From Candidatus Poriferisocius sp. (lineage in GTDB: Bacteria > Actinomycetota > Acidimicrobiia > Acidimicrobiales > Bin134), in contig NZ_CBDBOM010000003.1 in assembly GCF_965208355.1 (NCBI RefSeq), positions 3,262,058 to 3,326,057 of the forward strand: DNA of 64,000 nucleotides. Reading direction: 5' to 3'. Positions 1-9,137 of this stretch are shown here, piece after piece. Under the pieces are notes generated by a model, which ran no database searches, was not told where the DNA came from, and saw nothing but the letters and a program-made list of their open reading frames with translations. Position numbers and translations under genes: made by a program. The stretch's first letter is position 1; every line of letters starts with the position of its first letter.

Positions 1-981
1 GCCGCTTCGGTGCCCGACCGGGCCCTGTACACAACCCGAGATCTCATCTTCGAAGTACTGGCCAACCGGCCCGACCTCATTGAGGCACTGGCCAAATCAG
101 GCATGCACGTCACGATGATGGCCGAAGGCACCGTGATCACCGAGATCCCGGAGTTCAGCAACTTGAATGAGGATTTCCCCGACAGAGATTGGAACGTCAC
201 AACCAAGGGAGGGGGTCTCGGGCCCACGACATCTCTCCCCCTGATGACCGCGGCGGTTGAGAACGTCCTCTGCCTGGAACACGATGTGTTCCCCCATGAT
301 GACGTCATGATCCATGAAATCGGCCATGCCGTTCTCAACATGGCGATCGAGGCCCAAATGGGAGACACCGAGTTTCGGTCCCGCGTCAGGGCGGCCTATG
401 AGAACGCCCTCGCTGCGGGCCTCTGGAAGCACACCTACGCCGCCACTGACGAAAACGAGTACTGGGCCGAGGGAACGGTGGGATGGTTCGACCTGAACGG
501 TCCTCCCAATCCAACCCACAACAACATCAACACCAGAGCTGAGCTGATCGACTACGACCCGGCGCTGGCCGCCCTCTTGCACGAAGTGTACGGCGACGCG
601 ACAGTCACGTCTTCGTGCCACGAGACCGTCGATACCGCGGCCTACAGCGTGGAAGGCGTGGTGCTGGGGCCCGATGATCAGCCGATAGAGGACTTCTTGT
701 TATGGATGTGGCCCGGAGAATCCACCAACAGCGCCTGGGCCATCACCGACGCCGACGGCTCGTTCTTCACCAGGGTGGTAAGCGGCTTTTTCGTGATCCA
801 CCTGTACGCAGACCGATACCACGAGTGCTCGTTCATCGGCTGGCACGGGGGCGAGGGCCTAACCAGCCGCATCGACCAAGCCGCATTCATCACAGTCGCC
901 GATGCGGATATCGACGGCATCGAGATCAAGCTGCCAGACGACCTGGCCAACCTTCCCTATATCGAATGGTGCGCAACCTGA
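1..981 (+). CDS. Zinc metallopeptidase (lethal-factor/PPEP-like zincin) with C-terminal beta-sandwich; 5' partial
   Basis: HEIGH (HExxH) motif plus YAATDENEYWAEG third-ligand motif; frame is open from position 1; C-terminal VEGVVLGPDDQPI...TDADGSF resembles a carboxypeptidase-regulatory-like domain. Confidence 0.7.
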   Translation, partial: AASVPDRALYTTRDLIFEVLANRPDLIEALAKSGMHVTMMAEGTVITEIPEFSNLNEDFPDRDWNVTTKGGGLGPTTSLPLMTAAVENVLCLEHDVFPHDDVMIHEIGHAVLNMAIEAQMGDTEFRSRVRAAYENALAAGLWKHTYAATDENEYWAEGTVGWFDLNGPPNPTHNNINTRAELIDYDPALAALLHEVYGDATVTSSCHETVDTAAYSVEGVVLGPDDQPIEDFLLWMWPGESTNSAWAITDADGSFFTRVVSGFFVIHLYADRYHECSFIGWHGGEGLTSRIDQAAFITVADADIDGIEIKLPDDLANLPYIEWCAT

Positions 982-1008
982 GCTAGCCGCTCGGTCTAGG
1001 CGGCTGGC
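982..1008. terminator. Hairpin between converging genes
   Basis: gctagccgc-N9-gcggctggc stem (one G-U pair) at the two stop codons. Confidence 0.4.
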
Positions 1009-3827
1009 GGTACCGTTGGTAGCGGTGTGCCTCGGTCTGGGATAGACGTTGGGGGCACGCTGCAATGGTCAGTGGCCAGGTCGGCTGCGCTGTCGCCGAA
1101 GTCGAGGGTGCCGAGGGCGGCGCAGGCGGCGGCAAGGGCGGCGTGGTATTGGGGGTGGTCAGCGGTAAAGGCGGCTTCGAGGGCGTTTTGTCGGGCTACG
1201 GCCGCGCGGCGGGTGTGGGCGAGCGAGCAGATGTCGGCCACGCCGTCGCCGTTGCTGTCGAAGGCGTGGAGGCGGGCGCCGCCCAGGCTGAAGTCGATGC
1301 AGAAGTAGGGGCCGGTGATCACCGGGCCGGAAAAGAACCGGGCGGCCTTGGTGGGATCGAGCGGGTCGGGCACCGAGGGCAGCCGGCGTTCGTCGGCCCC
1401 TTTGGACCCGCAGGCGTCGGCCGCCAGCGATGTTGCGGTATCGCCGGGAAAATCCATAGGGGCGCCAATGCAAGTGCCCAGGGAGGGATCGGACTCGTCG
1501 ATATCGGGCGTCGCCGGTATATCGGGCGGCCCGTGGAGGGCGTTGCGGTACTCGTCGGGGTTGAGGGCGGCCAGGCGCTCCAATGCGTGCTGGCGGGCGA
1601 TGGTGGCCCGTCTGGTGGAGTTGAGGGCACAGATGTCGGCCACGTGATCGCCATTTGAGTCCATCGGGTAGGTCTCCGGTCCGCCCAGGCTGCGATTGGC
1701 GCAGTAGTCGGGACCTTCTATGAGGCCAGAGAAGTAGCCGTTGACCACGGTGACGATCACGGTATCGGTGTGGGCTTGCTGGCCGGGCACGTTGCCGACG
1801 GTGAGGGCGAAGACGAGCTTGACGCTGTTGAACCCGTCTAGCCGAGGAGCGTCAAAATAGGGGTACCGCCCGGATACGGACTTGAGCCGGCCGCCGGCAG
1901 TCGGGTGGTAGGTGCCGTCGGCATTGGGGAACCACTCCCCCAGCACAAAGCCCTCGGCGGCTTCGGCCTGGGTGATCTGGGGTCGATCCTCGGTGCGGGG
2001 ATGGGTTTCGATGCCGGTATAGACCCATTGGTAGGTCGCCGCGCCCAGGGCCTCTTCGCTGACCAACCCGGTGCTGATTCGGCCCTGCAAGCGGACGAAG
2101 CTGCCGGGGAAAACTCGCTGATCCGGACCGGGTACGGCCCTGAGGTCGTCATCGCCGTCGCGAATGGTGATCCGCACAATGTCAGTATCCGACACACCCC
2201 ACCGGTCGGTAACGGTCAATTGGATGTACACAACGTATTGAGAACCCCGGGTGACCTCGGGCAAGGTGAACTGGGCAGAACGGGTATCGGCGCCAGCCAG
2301 CGACAAGCGCGGCCCCCTGTAAGCAAGCGTCAACGGTCTGCCCGAGGCGTTGAGCACTTGCTCCCACCGATAGTCCAGCTCAAAGCCATCAGGGTCGAAT
2401 CCCAGGCCTTGCAGCACGACGACCCCGCTCGGCGGATCGGTGTCCGGGAAGCCACCGTTGTTGCCGTCGGGGGTATCGATATCTTCGGGGGCCGCGGCCT
2501 CCGGGGGCAGGTTGTCGGCCACCATCAGCTCCACTGATGTCGATCCTGTGTGGTCGGCAGGATCAGCCACCTCCACGGTGACTGTAAACGACTCGCCCTG
2601 CTGCACGCCTTCGGGAGCGGTGAACAATGCGGTGGTGCGCGATCCAGGTCGGTTGTCGTCGTCGGGCTCCACTCCTTGGCCGCTCCAGGTGTGCTCCAAC
2701 ACCCTGGTGCGGGCAGTTCCGTCGGCGGTACCCACCGCGATGAGGGTGATGCCGTCCTCAGCCACCTCGGGGGATATCACATAGCGGTTCTCGCCGGCGG
2801 CTTGGATTCCCACCAAACGGTCTTCAGCGGTCGACGGATTGGGGTCAGTGGCGGACAATTCGATTTCCACAGTGGGCGCGGCATGGGCGTCGCGAATCAC
2901 GATCATGACGATTTGCTGCGCCGACGCTCCGTGCTCGTCAGTCACCGTCAGTCGGTAATACAAGAAGTAGGTATCGGCAGTATCTCCGCGTACAAACGGC
3001 AGCCGACCCACCGTCTCCGACGTGATGCTGCCCACGACATCGGGATCCTCATCGGTGCTCAGCGTCCTTTGACCGTCGGTAGAGACGGGCAGCGTGGCGG
3101 TGACTGAGGCCACATCGCTGGCGTAGATGCGCTCCCAGCGAAATGCGCTGTCAGGCAACGGGCCGTCGGGATCGTAGCTGGCCGATCCGTCTACCACGAG
3201 GAGCGAGCCCTCGCGGATGTCCCACTCGAAATCCCGGTTGCCGCCCTCACCGGGGGCGTGGATAACTCCCTCCACGGTATAGCGCTCTTCATTCTCATCC
3301 ACCAGGCCATTGCCGTTGTCGTCGTAACCGGTCACCTGCTGGCCTCTCGGAGCCGGCTGCTTGGCCGACACGGTTATCACTGCGGTTGGGTCGTGATTGA
3401 CGCTGGCTGACACTGTCGTGCTTCGAGAGGCTTCGGGAAATCCATTGTCGGTCACCGTCAACCGAAACTCGATGGAATCGACATTCTCTCTCACCAGCGC
3501 CCTGGTAAAGATCACAAAGGTCGCCGTACGTCCGGCCGGAATTCCATTTGCCTCATCAGCAGGAGACGGGGTTATAGGGATTCCGGCAAGGGACCCGGTC
3601 ACCACCTCCCACTCGTACTTGACGATGTCGCCGTCAATATCGAAACTTCTCGAGCCGTCCAGCTCAACGGTGGTTGTCCCGGCATCCCGATCTGTCGTCA
3701 CACCACCAACTGTGGCAACCGCAACTGGCCGCACCTGGGTTTGTTCCTGCGCCACCGCCCCAAGCACAGCCCACCCCGACAGCGCCACCGACAGCGCCAC
3801 CATTGAAAATGCCATTCTGATGGGCAT
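996..3827 (-). CDS. Secreted PKD/Ig-like repeat surface protein, paralog 1
   Basis: Signal peptide ending AVA-Q; repeated DGSxSxDxDG...YxW...LTVTD motifs; two copies of the C-terminal GPxxC..SLGG..DSNGDxVADIC module. Confidence 0.8.
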   Translation of the reverse strand: MPIRMAFSMVALSVALSGWAVLGAVAQEQTQVRPVAVATVGGVTTDRDAGTTTVELDGSRSFDIDGDIVKYEWEVVTGSLAGIPITPSPADEANGIPAGRTATFVIFTRALVRENVDSIEFRLTVTDNGFPEASRSTTVSASVNHDPTAVITVSAKQPAPRGQQVTGYDDNGNGLVDENEERYTVEGVIHAPGEGGNRDFEWDIREGSLLVVDGSASYDPDGPLPDSAFRWERIYASDVASVTATLPVSTDGQRTLSTDEDPDVVGSITSETVGRLPFVRGDTADTYFLYYRLTVTDEHGASAQQIVMIVIRDAHAAPTVEIELSATDPNPSTAEDRLVGIQAAGENRYVISPEVAEDGITLIAVGTADGTARTRVLEHTWSGQGVEPDDDNRPGSRTTALFTAPEGVQQGESFTVTVEVADPADHTGSTSVELMVADNLPPEAAAPEDIDTPDGNNGGFPDTDPPSGVVVLQGLGFDPDGFELDYRWEQVLNASGRPLTLAYRGPRLSLAGADTRSAQFTLPEVTRGSQYVVYIQLTVTDRWGVSDTDIVRITIRDGDDDLRAVPGPDQRVFPGSFVRLQGRISTGLVSEEALGAATYQWVYTGIETHPRTEDRPQITQAEAAEGFVLGEWFPNADGTYHPTAGGRLKSVSGRYPYFDAPRLDGFNSVKLVFALTVGNVPGQQAHTDTVIVTVVNGYFSGLIEGPDYCANRSLGGPETYPMDSNGDHVADICALNSTRRATIARQHALERLAALNPDEYRNALHGPPDIPATPDIDESDPSLGTCIGAPMDFPGDTATSLAADACGSKGADERRLPSVPDPLDPTKAARFFSGPVITGPYFCIDFSLGGARLHAFDSNGDGVADICSLAHTRRAAVARQNALEAAFTADHPQYHAALAAACAALGTLDFGDSAADLATDHCSVPPTSIPDRGTPLPTVPPAA

Positions 3828-4114
3828 AATAGCCAGTCTTATGCTTGCAATCGCCCAGACGGGTGGACGCAGGGCGCCGGTGGCAGGAGATAGCCAACCT
3901 GGAAATGAAGTCAGGCGGTCTCGATGGGAAAATCTTTAGCAGTCGTTACACATTTCGTATAACACCCCCATATTATCGACAGATTGCTCTTACTTGAGCC
4001 AGAACCAACGAAAACGTCCTTGAACCAAGCGACCTCGAAAGCGGTGGACATAGCGAGACACGTCGTTGAAGATGCTTCTCTCAGTAACAAAACCACTAAC
4101 AACTGGGAGGCACC

Positions 4115-5296
4115 ATGGCAGCGAGGCAGAGGCTCACGGCGAAGTTCGTGGCCACAGTGAAAGAGCCGGGAGCCTACGGCGACGGAGGCCACGGCTCCCA
4201 CGGGCTGATCCTGCGAGTGCGGGAGGCCAAGGACGGGGGCGTGACCAAATCGTGGGTGCAACGGCTCATCATCAACGGCAGGCCCACCCACATGGGGCTG
4301 GGCCCCACATGGCTGGTTTCGCCCGCCGAGGCCCGCGAGGCGGCGTTGGACAACCACCGCACGGTCCGCAGGGGAGGCGACCCCCGGCGCGGCGCCGGCA
4401 TCCCCACCTTTGCCGAGGCCGTGGAGCAGGTAATCGCCATGCACTCCGCCGGCTGGAAGAACGGGGGAGGCACCGCCGAGGCATGGCGCACCCAGCTCGC
4501 CCGCCACGCCGCTCCCCTGTCTGACAAGAAGGTGGACAGGATCACCCCCGGCGACGTTCTCGGCGTGTTGGAACCCATCTGGCTCACCTTGCCGGAGATC
4601 GCCAGAAAACAGCGCCGGCGCATCAACTCGGTGATGAAGTGGGCCATCGCCCAGGGCTATCGCAAAGACAACCCGGCGGGCGACGCACTGGCCGCTGCCC
4701 TGCCGAGACAGAACGGCGGAACGCACCACCCCGCCATTCCCGCCGAAAGGGTGGCCGACGTGATTGCCGCCGTCTATGCGTCGGGCGCCTGGCAGGGAAC
4801 CAAGCTGGCCTTTGAGTTCCTGGCCCTCACGGCGTGTCGCTCCGGTGAGGTTCGGTTCGCAACGTGGGAAGAGATCGACCGGGAGTCTCGGGTTTGGACC
4901 ATCCCAGCCCACCGCACCAAAACCTTCACCGAGCACCGCGTGCCGCTGACCGACGCGGCGCTAAAGGTGCTGGACGAGGCTGAGAAGATCATCGACAACA
5001 GCGGCCTGATCTTCCCCTCACTCACCGGGCGGCCGCAAAACGACAGCACCCTGTCGAAGCTGTTGAGAGAGATGGGCGCGGGCATGGTTCCCCACGGACT
5101 GCGGAGCTCGTTCAGAAGCTGGGCGGCCGAGGCCACCGACTACCCGTGGGAGATCGCCGAGATGGCCCTGGGCCACACCGTGGGCACCAAGGTGGAGCGG
5201 GCCTACCTGAGAACTGATCTGTTTGAGAAGCGGGTTAGCCTGATGGAGGAATGGGCCGACTTTCTTGCCCGCATCCCAAGAAGGACACACCAGTAG
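4115..5296 (+). CDS. Tyrosine recombinase/integrase, P4-like, with N-terminal arm-binding domain
   Basis: Arm domain (YGDGG..GLILRV..KSWVQR..MGLG..VSPAEAREAA); catalytic R (ACRSGE), K (RTKT), HxxR (HGLRSS), H (ALGH), Y (RAYLR); RBS GGGAGG upstream. Confidence 0.93.
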   Translation: MAARQRLTAKFVATVKEPGAYGDGGHGSHGLILRVREAKDGGVTKSWVQRLIINGRPTHMGLGPTWLVSPAEAREAALDNHRTVRRGGDPRRGAGIPTFAEAVEQVIAMHSAGWKNGGGTAEAWRTQLARHAAPLSDKKVDRITPGDVLGVLEPIWLTLPEIARKQRRRINSVMKWAIAQGYRKDNPAGDALAAALPRQNGGTHHPAIPAERVADVIAAVYASGAWQGTKLAFEFLALTACRSGEVRFATWEEIDRESRVWTIPAHRTKTFTEHRVPLTDAALKVLDEAEKIIDNSGLIFPSLTGRPQNDSTLSKLLREMGAGMVPHGLRSSFRSWAAEATDYPWEIAEMALGHTVGTKVERAYLRTDLFEKRVSLMEEWADFLARIPRRTHQ

Positions 5297-5349
5297 TAAC
5301 AATTCGTATCTTGCATTCCGCTGACCAGCCCCTATAGACCCGATCTGGC

Positions 5350-5491
5350 TCCGGCGGCGGGAGTGCTGCTGGTCGTCGCAGGTCCTTGCTCGCGCTAGGG
5401 GCGCTGTTGGCGTTGGTTGCAAGCGTGCTGATCTGGGCCGCGCCCGGCTCCCAGGCGCAAACCCCGCCCAACATCCCCCCTGTCGCGATCG
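5350..5491 (+). repeat. Left outer inverted repeat, pairs with 13343-13484
   Basis: 142 bp with 6 mismatches by manual alignment; 5350-5396 is a perfect 47-bp match to the reverse complement of 13438-13484. Confidence 0.95.
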
Positions 5492-8400
5492 GTGTCCTCG
5501 GCGCTGCCACGCCGAACGACAACGGCACGGCCACCGACCCAACGGACGACTATGTGGTCCAGGCGTTGACCGGAGATCGAAGCTTCGATCCCGACGCGGC
5601 CAGCGGCGCCGCCAACAACGGGATCGCACAGTTCCGCTGGGAAGTGGTGACCGATACCTATAAGGACTGGCTGGCCATCACCAATCCCAACGCGGCAAAT
5701 GCATCGTTCATCGTTCCGAACGACGCATCCATCGCCCGCTACGGCCAGACCATTGAATTCCGGTTGACGGTGTGGGACGCCGATCCGCGGACATCTGTTG
5801 GCGCCCTGTCTGATTCCGACACGGTGACCTATAACTTCCGGGCCGCCGAGAGCCCCACCGCCGACATCACCATCACCGCCTTGTTGCCCAACCCCACCGC
5901 CGTTGAGAATTACGACGACGACGGCGACGGGATGGTCGATGAGGATGACGAGCAGTTCACTGTTGACGCCATCATCTCCCGCCCAGGTGAAGGCGACAAC
6001 TCTGACTACGAGTGGCACATCAAGGAAGGCGCCCTGCTGACGATTGACGGTTCCGGCAGTTCCGACCCCGACACCCGCCTGACTGATGCCAACTTCACCT
6101 GGACCCGTGTCTACGACAGCAGCGAAGACACCGGTGTCTCGACAAATGCTGGCGCTGTGGACGACACCTTGCCTGGTGGCACTGATGCTGAGGGCGCTGG
6201 CGCCACCGGCATGAAGATCAGCTCCCACACCCCGGCTGCCGACGGCACCCCCGAAGCCCTCAGCCCAACCAATCTCCGGATTGTGGCGCCGCTGTACAAC
6301 GATGACGGCTCCGGCCCGCAACCGTTCTTCAGCTACTACCGCTTGACGATTGACGACAACGGTGCCACCGATGGCGGTAACACCGACACCGCCGACGTGC
6401 TGATCGTCATCCACGACCAGCCCAACGATCCGGTGGCCGGCACCCGCGCAGCCCCAATCACCGTGACCGCCGACGGTCCCGACGCTGATACGGATGCGGA
6501 TGACGGTGCTGTTGTTGAAAGCAAGCTGGGACCCAACCGGTACTTGGTTGAGCCCAACCACACTGTGACCATCACGGCGATGCCATTTGACGCCGATATC
6601 GGTGCCGCTGGTGGCAGCACCGGCCTCCTTACCTCGTTTGAGGGTGCCAGGCCGACTGCGCAAGGTGCGACCAGTGCCACGCTGATGATTCCGCGAACCG
6701 CTCCTCAGGGAACTGAGTACGAGGTCAACATCACCATCACCGATAATCTCGGTACGCCGATGCGCAGCTCTACGACCACGGTGACCATCGTGGCCGTCCG
6801 CAACTCGGCCCCCGAGGCGGTTGCGCCGGAGACCATCACCGTTGGCGATGGTCCTAACGGTGGCACCATCGGTGCCTTCAACCTGCCTACTGGTCAGGTC
6901 ATGCTGCGGGGTATCGGGTTCGACGCCGACGGCGACGACCTCGCCTTCACCTGGACTGAGCTGGCCTACCCGCTTGTCGATCCTGAACCTGCAACAGGCC
7001 CTGCACTCAACACTGATGGAACCCCAGCTGCGATCAGGTTGCCGAGGAAGCCCTATCTGAGCATCGACAACGCTGATCAGGAGACGGCCTCCTTCTCGGT
7101 GCCCGAGGTGGACAGCGTGAATCTGCCCATCGCCCAGATCAATCATGACGGCGACGACGGAACTACCCCCGCAATCAACGGCTATGCGATCCCCGTATCG
7201 TTCACCGTCACCGACAGCTGGGGCGAGTCCACTACTGGCATGGTGATTGTCAACATCTACGACAACGAGCAATACGCCACGGTGGCCAACGCTGGTGCCA
7301 ACCAGCAGGTTTCCTCCGGTGGGTTTGTCCGCCTGAATGGCTCTGGCAGTAGTCCTTCAAACCCCACTACGCAGCAGCTGGACTATCTGTGGACCTACAC
7401 CGGTATCACCACCGACCCGGCGACCCAGGACCGTCCGGCCATAACTCCGCAGGAGATGCGGGAGGGTTATCGCGAGGGCGTGTGGTTCCCGTATGACGGG
7501 CTGACCGAGCCGACTGATGGCTCCGACCCCGCCACCACCACTGACGACGACGATACCGTTGCTGGAGACCAGGGCCGTGGCAGCTACCACCCGACTGCTG
7601 GTGGGGAGCTGAAGCAGCAGACCACCAGGTTCCCGTACTTCGATGCTCCGAGCCTGCACGGCTTCAACAGCATCAAGCTGCACTTCTCGCTGCTGGTCTT
7701 CGTCGATGCAAACGACAATGACACGGCCGACGACGGTGAAGAGCAGAACACCGCTCGGGTGACCATCACGGTGAGCGACGGCTACTACTCGGGCATTATC
7801 ACCGGTCCTGACTTCTGCACCGGGTACAGCCTGGGCGGTCCTCAGACCTTCGCCTTCGACAGCAATGGCGACGGCGTGGCCGACATCTGCTCGCTGAAGA
7901 CCACCCGCCGCGAGGCGGTGGCCACTCAGAACGCTTTGAACGAGCTGGCCGCTCTGTTCCCGGAGACGTTCAAGGATCACCTGCACGGCATGCCTGTGGA
8001 GGATGACGACACCACTGCTGACGTTGACGAGAGCGAGCAGTCGATCGCCAGTCAGTGCGCTTCGGCGCCCAAGAACCTGGGTGACTCCGATGCGGCTTTG
8101 AATGCTGATGCTTGCGGTCCGGCTGGAACGTTCGCCCGTCGGGTGTCGAGTCCGCCGGCGCCGGTTGATCCTTCGGTGCGGGATGTGTTCTTCTCGGGCA
8201 TCGTCTCCGATGAGAACTTCTGCACCAACCTGAGCCTGGGCGGTCAGCCGCTGTACGCCTTCGACAGCGATGGCGACGGCGTTGCCGACATCTGCTCGCT
8301 GGGCTACACCCGCCGTGAGGCCGTGGCCCGCCAGAACGCTCTGCAAGCGGGCTTCCTAGAGCACGATCAGTTTGCTGCGGCTCTGGCCAGGGCCTGCGCC

Positions 8401-8511
8401 GAGTTGGGCACCACCGACTTCGGTGACAGCGCTGGCCACCTGGCCGCTGACCGGTGCAGCAACCCCAGGCCGAGCACGCCTGGCACGGCACTGCCAACCG
8501 CTACTAACTAG
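5350..8511 (+). CDS. PKD/Ig-like repeat surface protein, paralog 2; headless (probably silent) cassette
   Basis: Close paralog of 10338-13517; frame reads SGGGSAAGRRRSLLAL from 5350 but has an in-frame TAG at 5335-5337; first possible start is TTG 5386, inside the signal peptide. Confidence 0.85.
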   Translation, partial: SGGGSAAGRRRSLLALGALLALVASVLIWAAPGSQAQTPPNIPPVAIGVLGAATPNDNGTATDPTDDYVVQALTGDRSFDPDAASGAANNGIAQFRWEVVTDTYKDWLAITNPNAANASFIVPNDASIARYGQTIEFRLTVWDADPRTSVGALSDSDTVTYNFRAAESPTADITITALLPNPTAVENYDDDGDGMVDEDDEQFTVDAIISRPGEGDNSDYEWHIKEGALLTIDGSGSSDPDTRLTDANFTWTRVYDSSEDTGVSTNAGAVDDTLPGGTDAEGAGATGMKISSHTPAADGTPEALSPTNLRIVAPLYNDDGSGPQPFFSYYRLTIDDNGATDGGNTDTADVLIVIHDQPNDPVAGTRAAPITVTADGPDADTDADDGAVVESKLGPNRYLVEPNHTVTITAMPFDADIGAAGGSTGLLTSFEGARPTAQGATSATLMIPRTAPQGTEYEVNITITDNLGTPMRSSTTTVTIVAVRNSAPEAVAPETITVGDGPNGGTIGAFNLPTGQVMLRGIGFDADGDDLAFTWTELAYPLVDPEPATGPALNTDGTPAAIRLPRKPYLSIDNADQETASFSVPEVDSVNLPIAQINHDGDDGTTPAINGYAIPVSFTVTDSWGESTTGMVIVNIYDNEQYATVANAGANQQVSSGGFVRLNGSGSSPSNPTTQQLDYLWTYTGITTDPATQDRPAITPQEMREGYREGVWFPYDGLTEPTDGSDPATTTDDDDTVAGDQGRGSYHPTAGGELKQQTTRFPYFDAPSLHGFNSIKLHFSLLVFVDANDNDTADDGEEQNTARVTITVSDGYYSGIITGPDFCTGYSLGGPQTFAFDSNGDGVADICSLKTTRREAVATQNALNELAALFPETFKDHLHGMPVEDDDTTADVDESEQSIASQCASAPKNLGDSDAALNADACGPAGTFARRVSSPPAPVDPSVRDVFFSGIVSDENFCTNLSLGGQPLYAFDSDGDGVADICSLGYTRREAVARQNALQAGFLEHDQFAAALARACAELGTTDFGDSAGHLAADRCSNPRPSTPGTALPTATN

Positions 8512-8521
8512 CAAACCGACC

Positions 8522-8592
8522 CTGGTTCGCCAGAACCAGTAGCACAAAACGAAGTGGCCCGGCCCCAGCGGCCGGGCCACTCCGCGTTTGTT
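8522..8592 (+). terminator. Double hairpin / intrinsic terminator after paralog 2
   Basis: ctggttc/gaaccag stem, then 12-bp stem agtggcccggcc/ggccgggccact followed by T-rich gtttgtt. Confidence 0.8.
8544..8587 (+). repeat. Left inner inverted repeat, pairs with 10265-10308
   Basis: 44-bp perfect match to the reverse complement of 10265-10308. Confidence 0.93.
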
Positions 8593-8667
8593 GGTATCGG
8601 TTGATGGGAAGGGTGCAAAGTGTGTCGCGCTCCAACCTTTAGCGGCGACTGGGCTCTTGGAGTGGGG

Positions 8668-8976
8668 TTAGCCGGCTTCGGCGGGAGAGTCGACGTCGAG
8701 CTTGGCCTCGATACGGGTTGGGCGTTAGCCGTGACCTTCGAACTGGGTCTCGACCGCCTTGAGTTCGACGGTGACGTTGGTTTCCAGGTCCTTGATAGCG
8801 CCGGTGACGTTGGATTCCAGGTCCTTGATGGCGCCGGTGACCTTGGTGTCCAGGTTGTTGACCGCCTGCTCGAGGCTGGCAAACCTGGTGGACAGGTCAC
8901 GCAAGTAGTGGAAGAGCATCCCGATTAGCCCTGCGCCTAGCACGCTGATGAGTGTGGTGGAAATGACAGTGTTCAC
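8668..8976 (-). pseudogene. Small membrane-anchored coiled-coil protein with probable premature stop
   Basis: N-terminal TM helix, 11-aa repeats VTGAIKDLExN; after TAA at 8725-8727 the frame continues RPTRIEAKLDVDSPAEAG to a second TAA at 8668-8670. Confidence 0.55.
8769..8855. repeat. 33-bp tandem repeat, ~2.6 copies
   Basis: Unit cggtgacgttggWttccaggtccttgatRgcgc at 8769, 8802 and partial at 8835. Confidence 0.9.
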
Positions 8977-9137
8977 TGACCTCTCCCTCTCTACATGGAG
9001 GGTTGCTAGGGGGGAAGCTTTGTACCAGGCTACCCCGGCCAGCTCCTGCCGACCACAACAGCCTAGGGCTAGGCGGCTTCAAGAGCTCCCGATTCGAGTC
9101 TGCGATTTCGAGCTCTTGCGTTGCTGGGATGGTGGGA

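Noticed and set aside
996-3827. Paralogs 1 and 4 as additional switchable cassettes
   Set aside because: Both have their own start codons and signal peptides and lack the 47-bp repeat
3828-5349. tRNA/att site or prophage around the integrase
   Set aside because: No tRNA cloverleaf, no clear direct-repeat att pair and no phage genes found by eye
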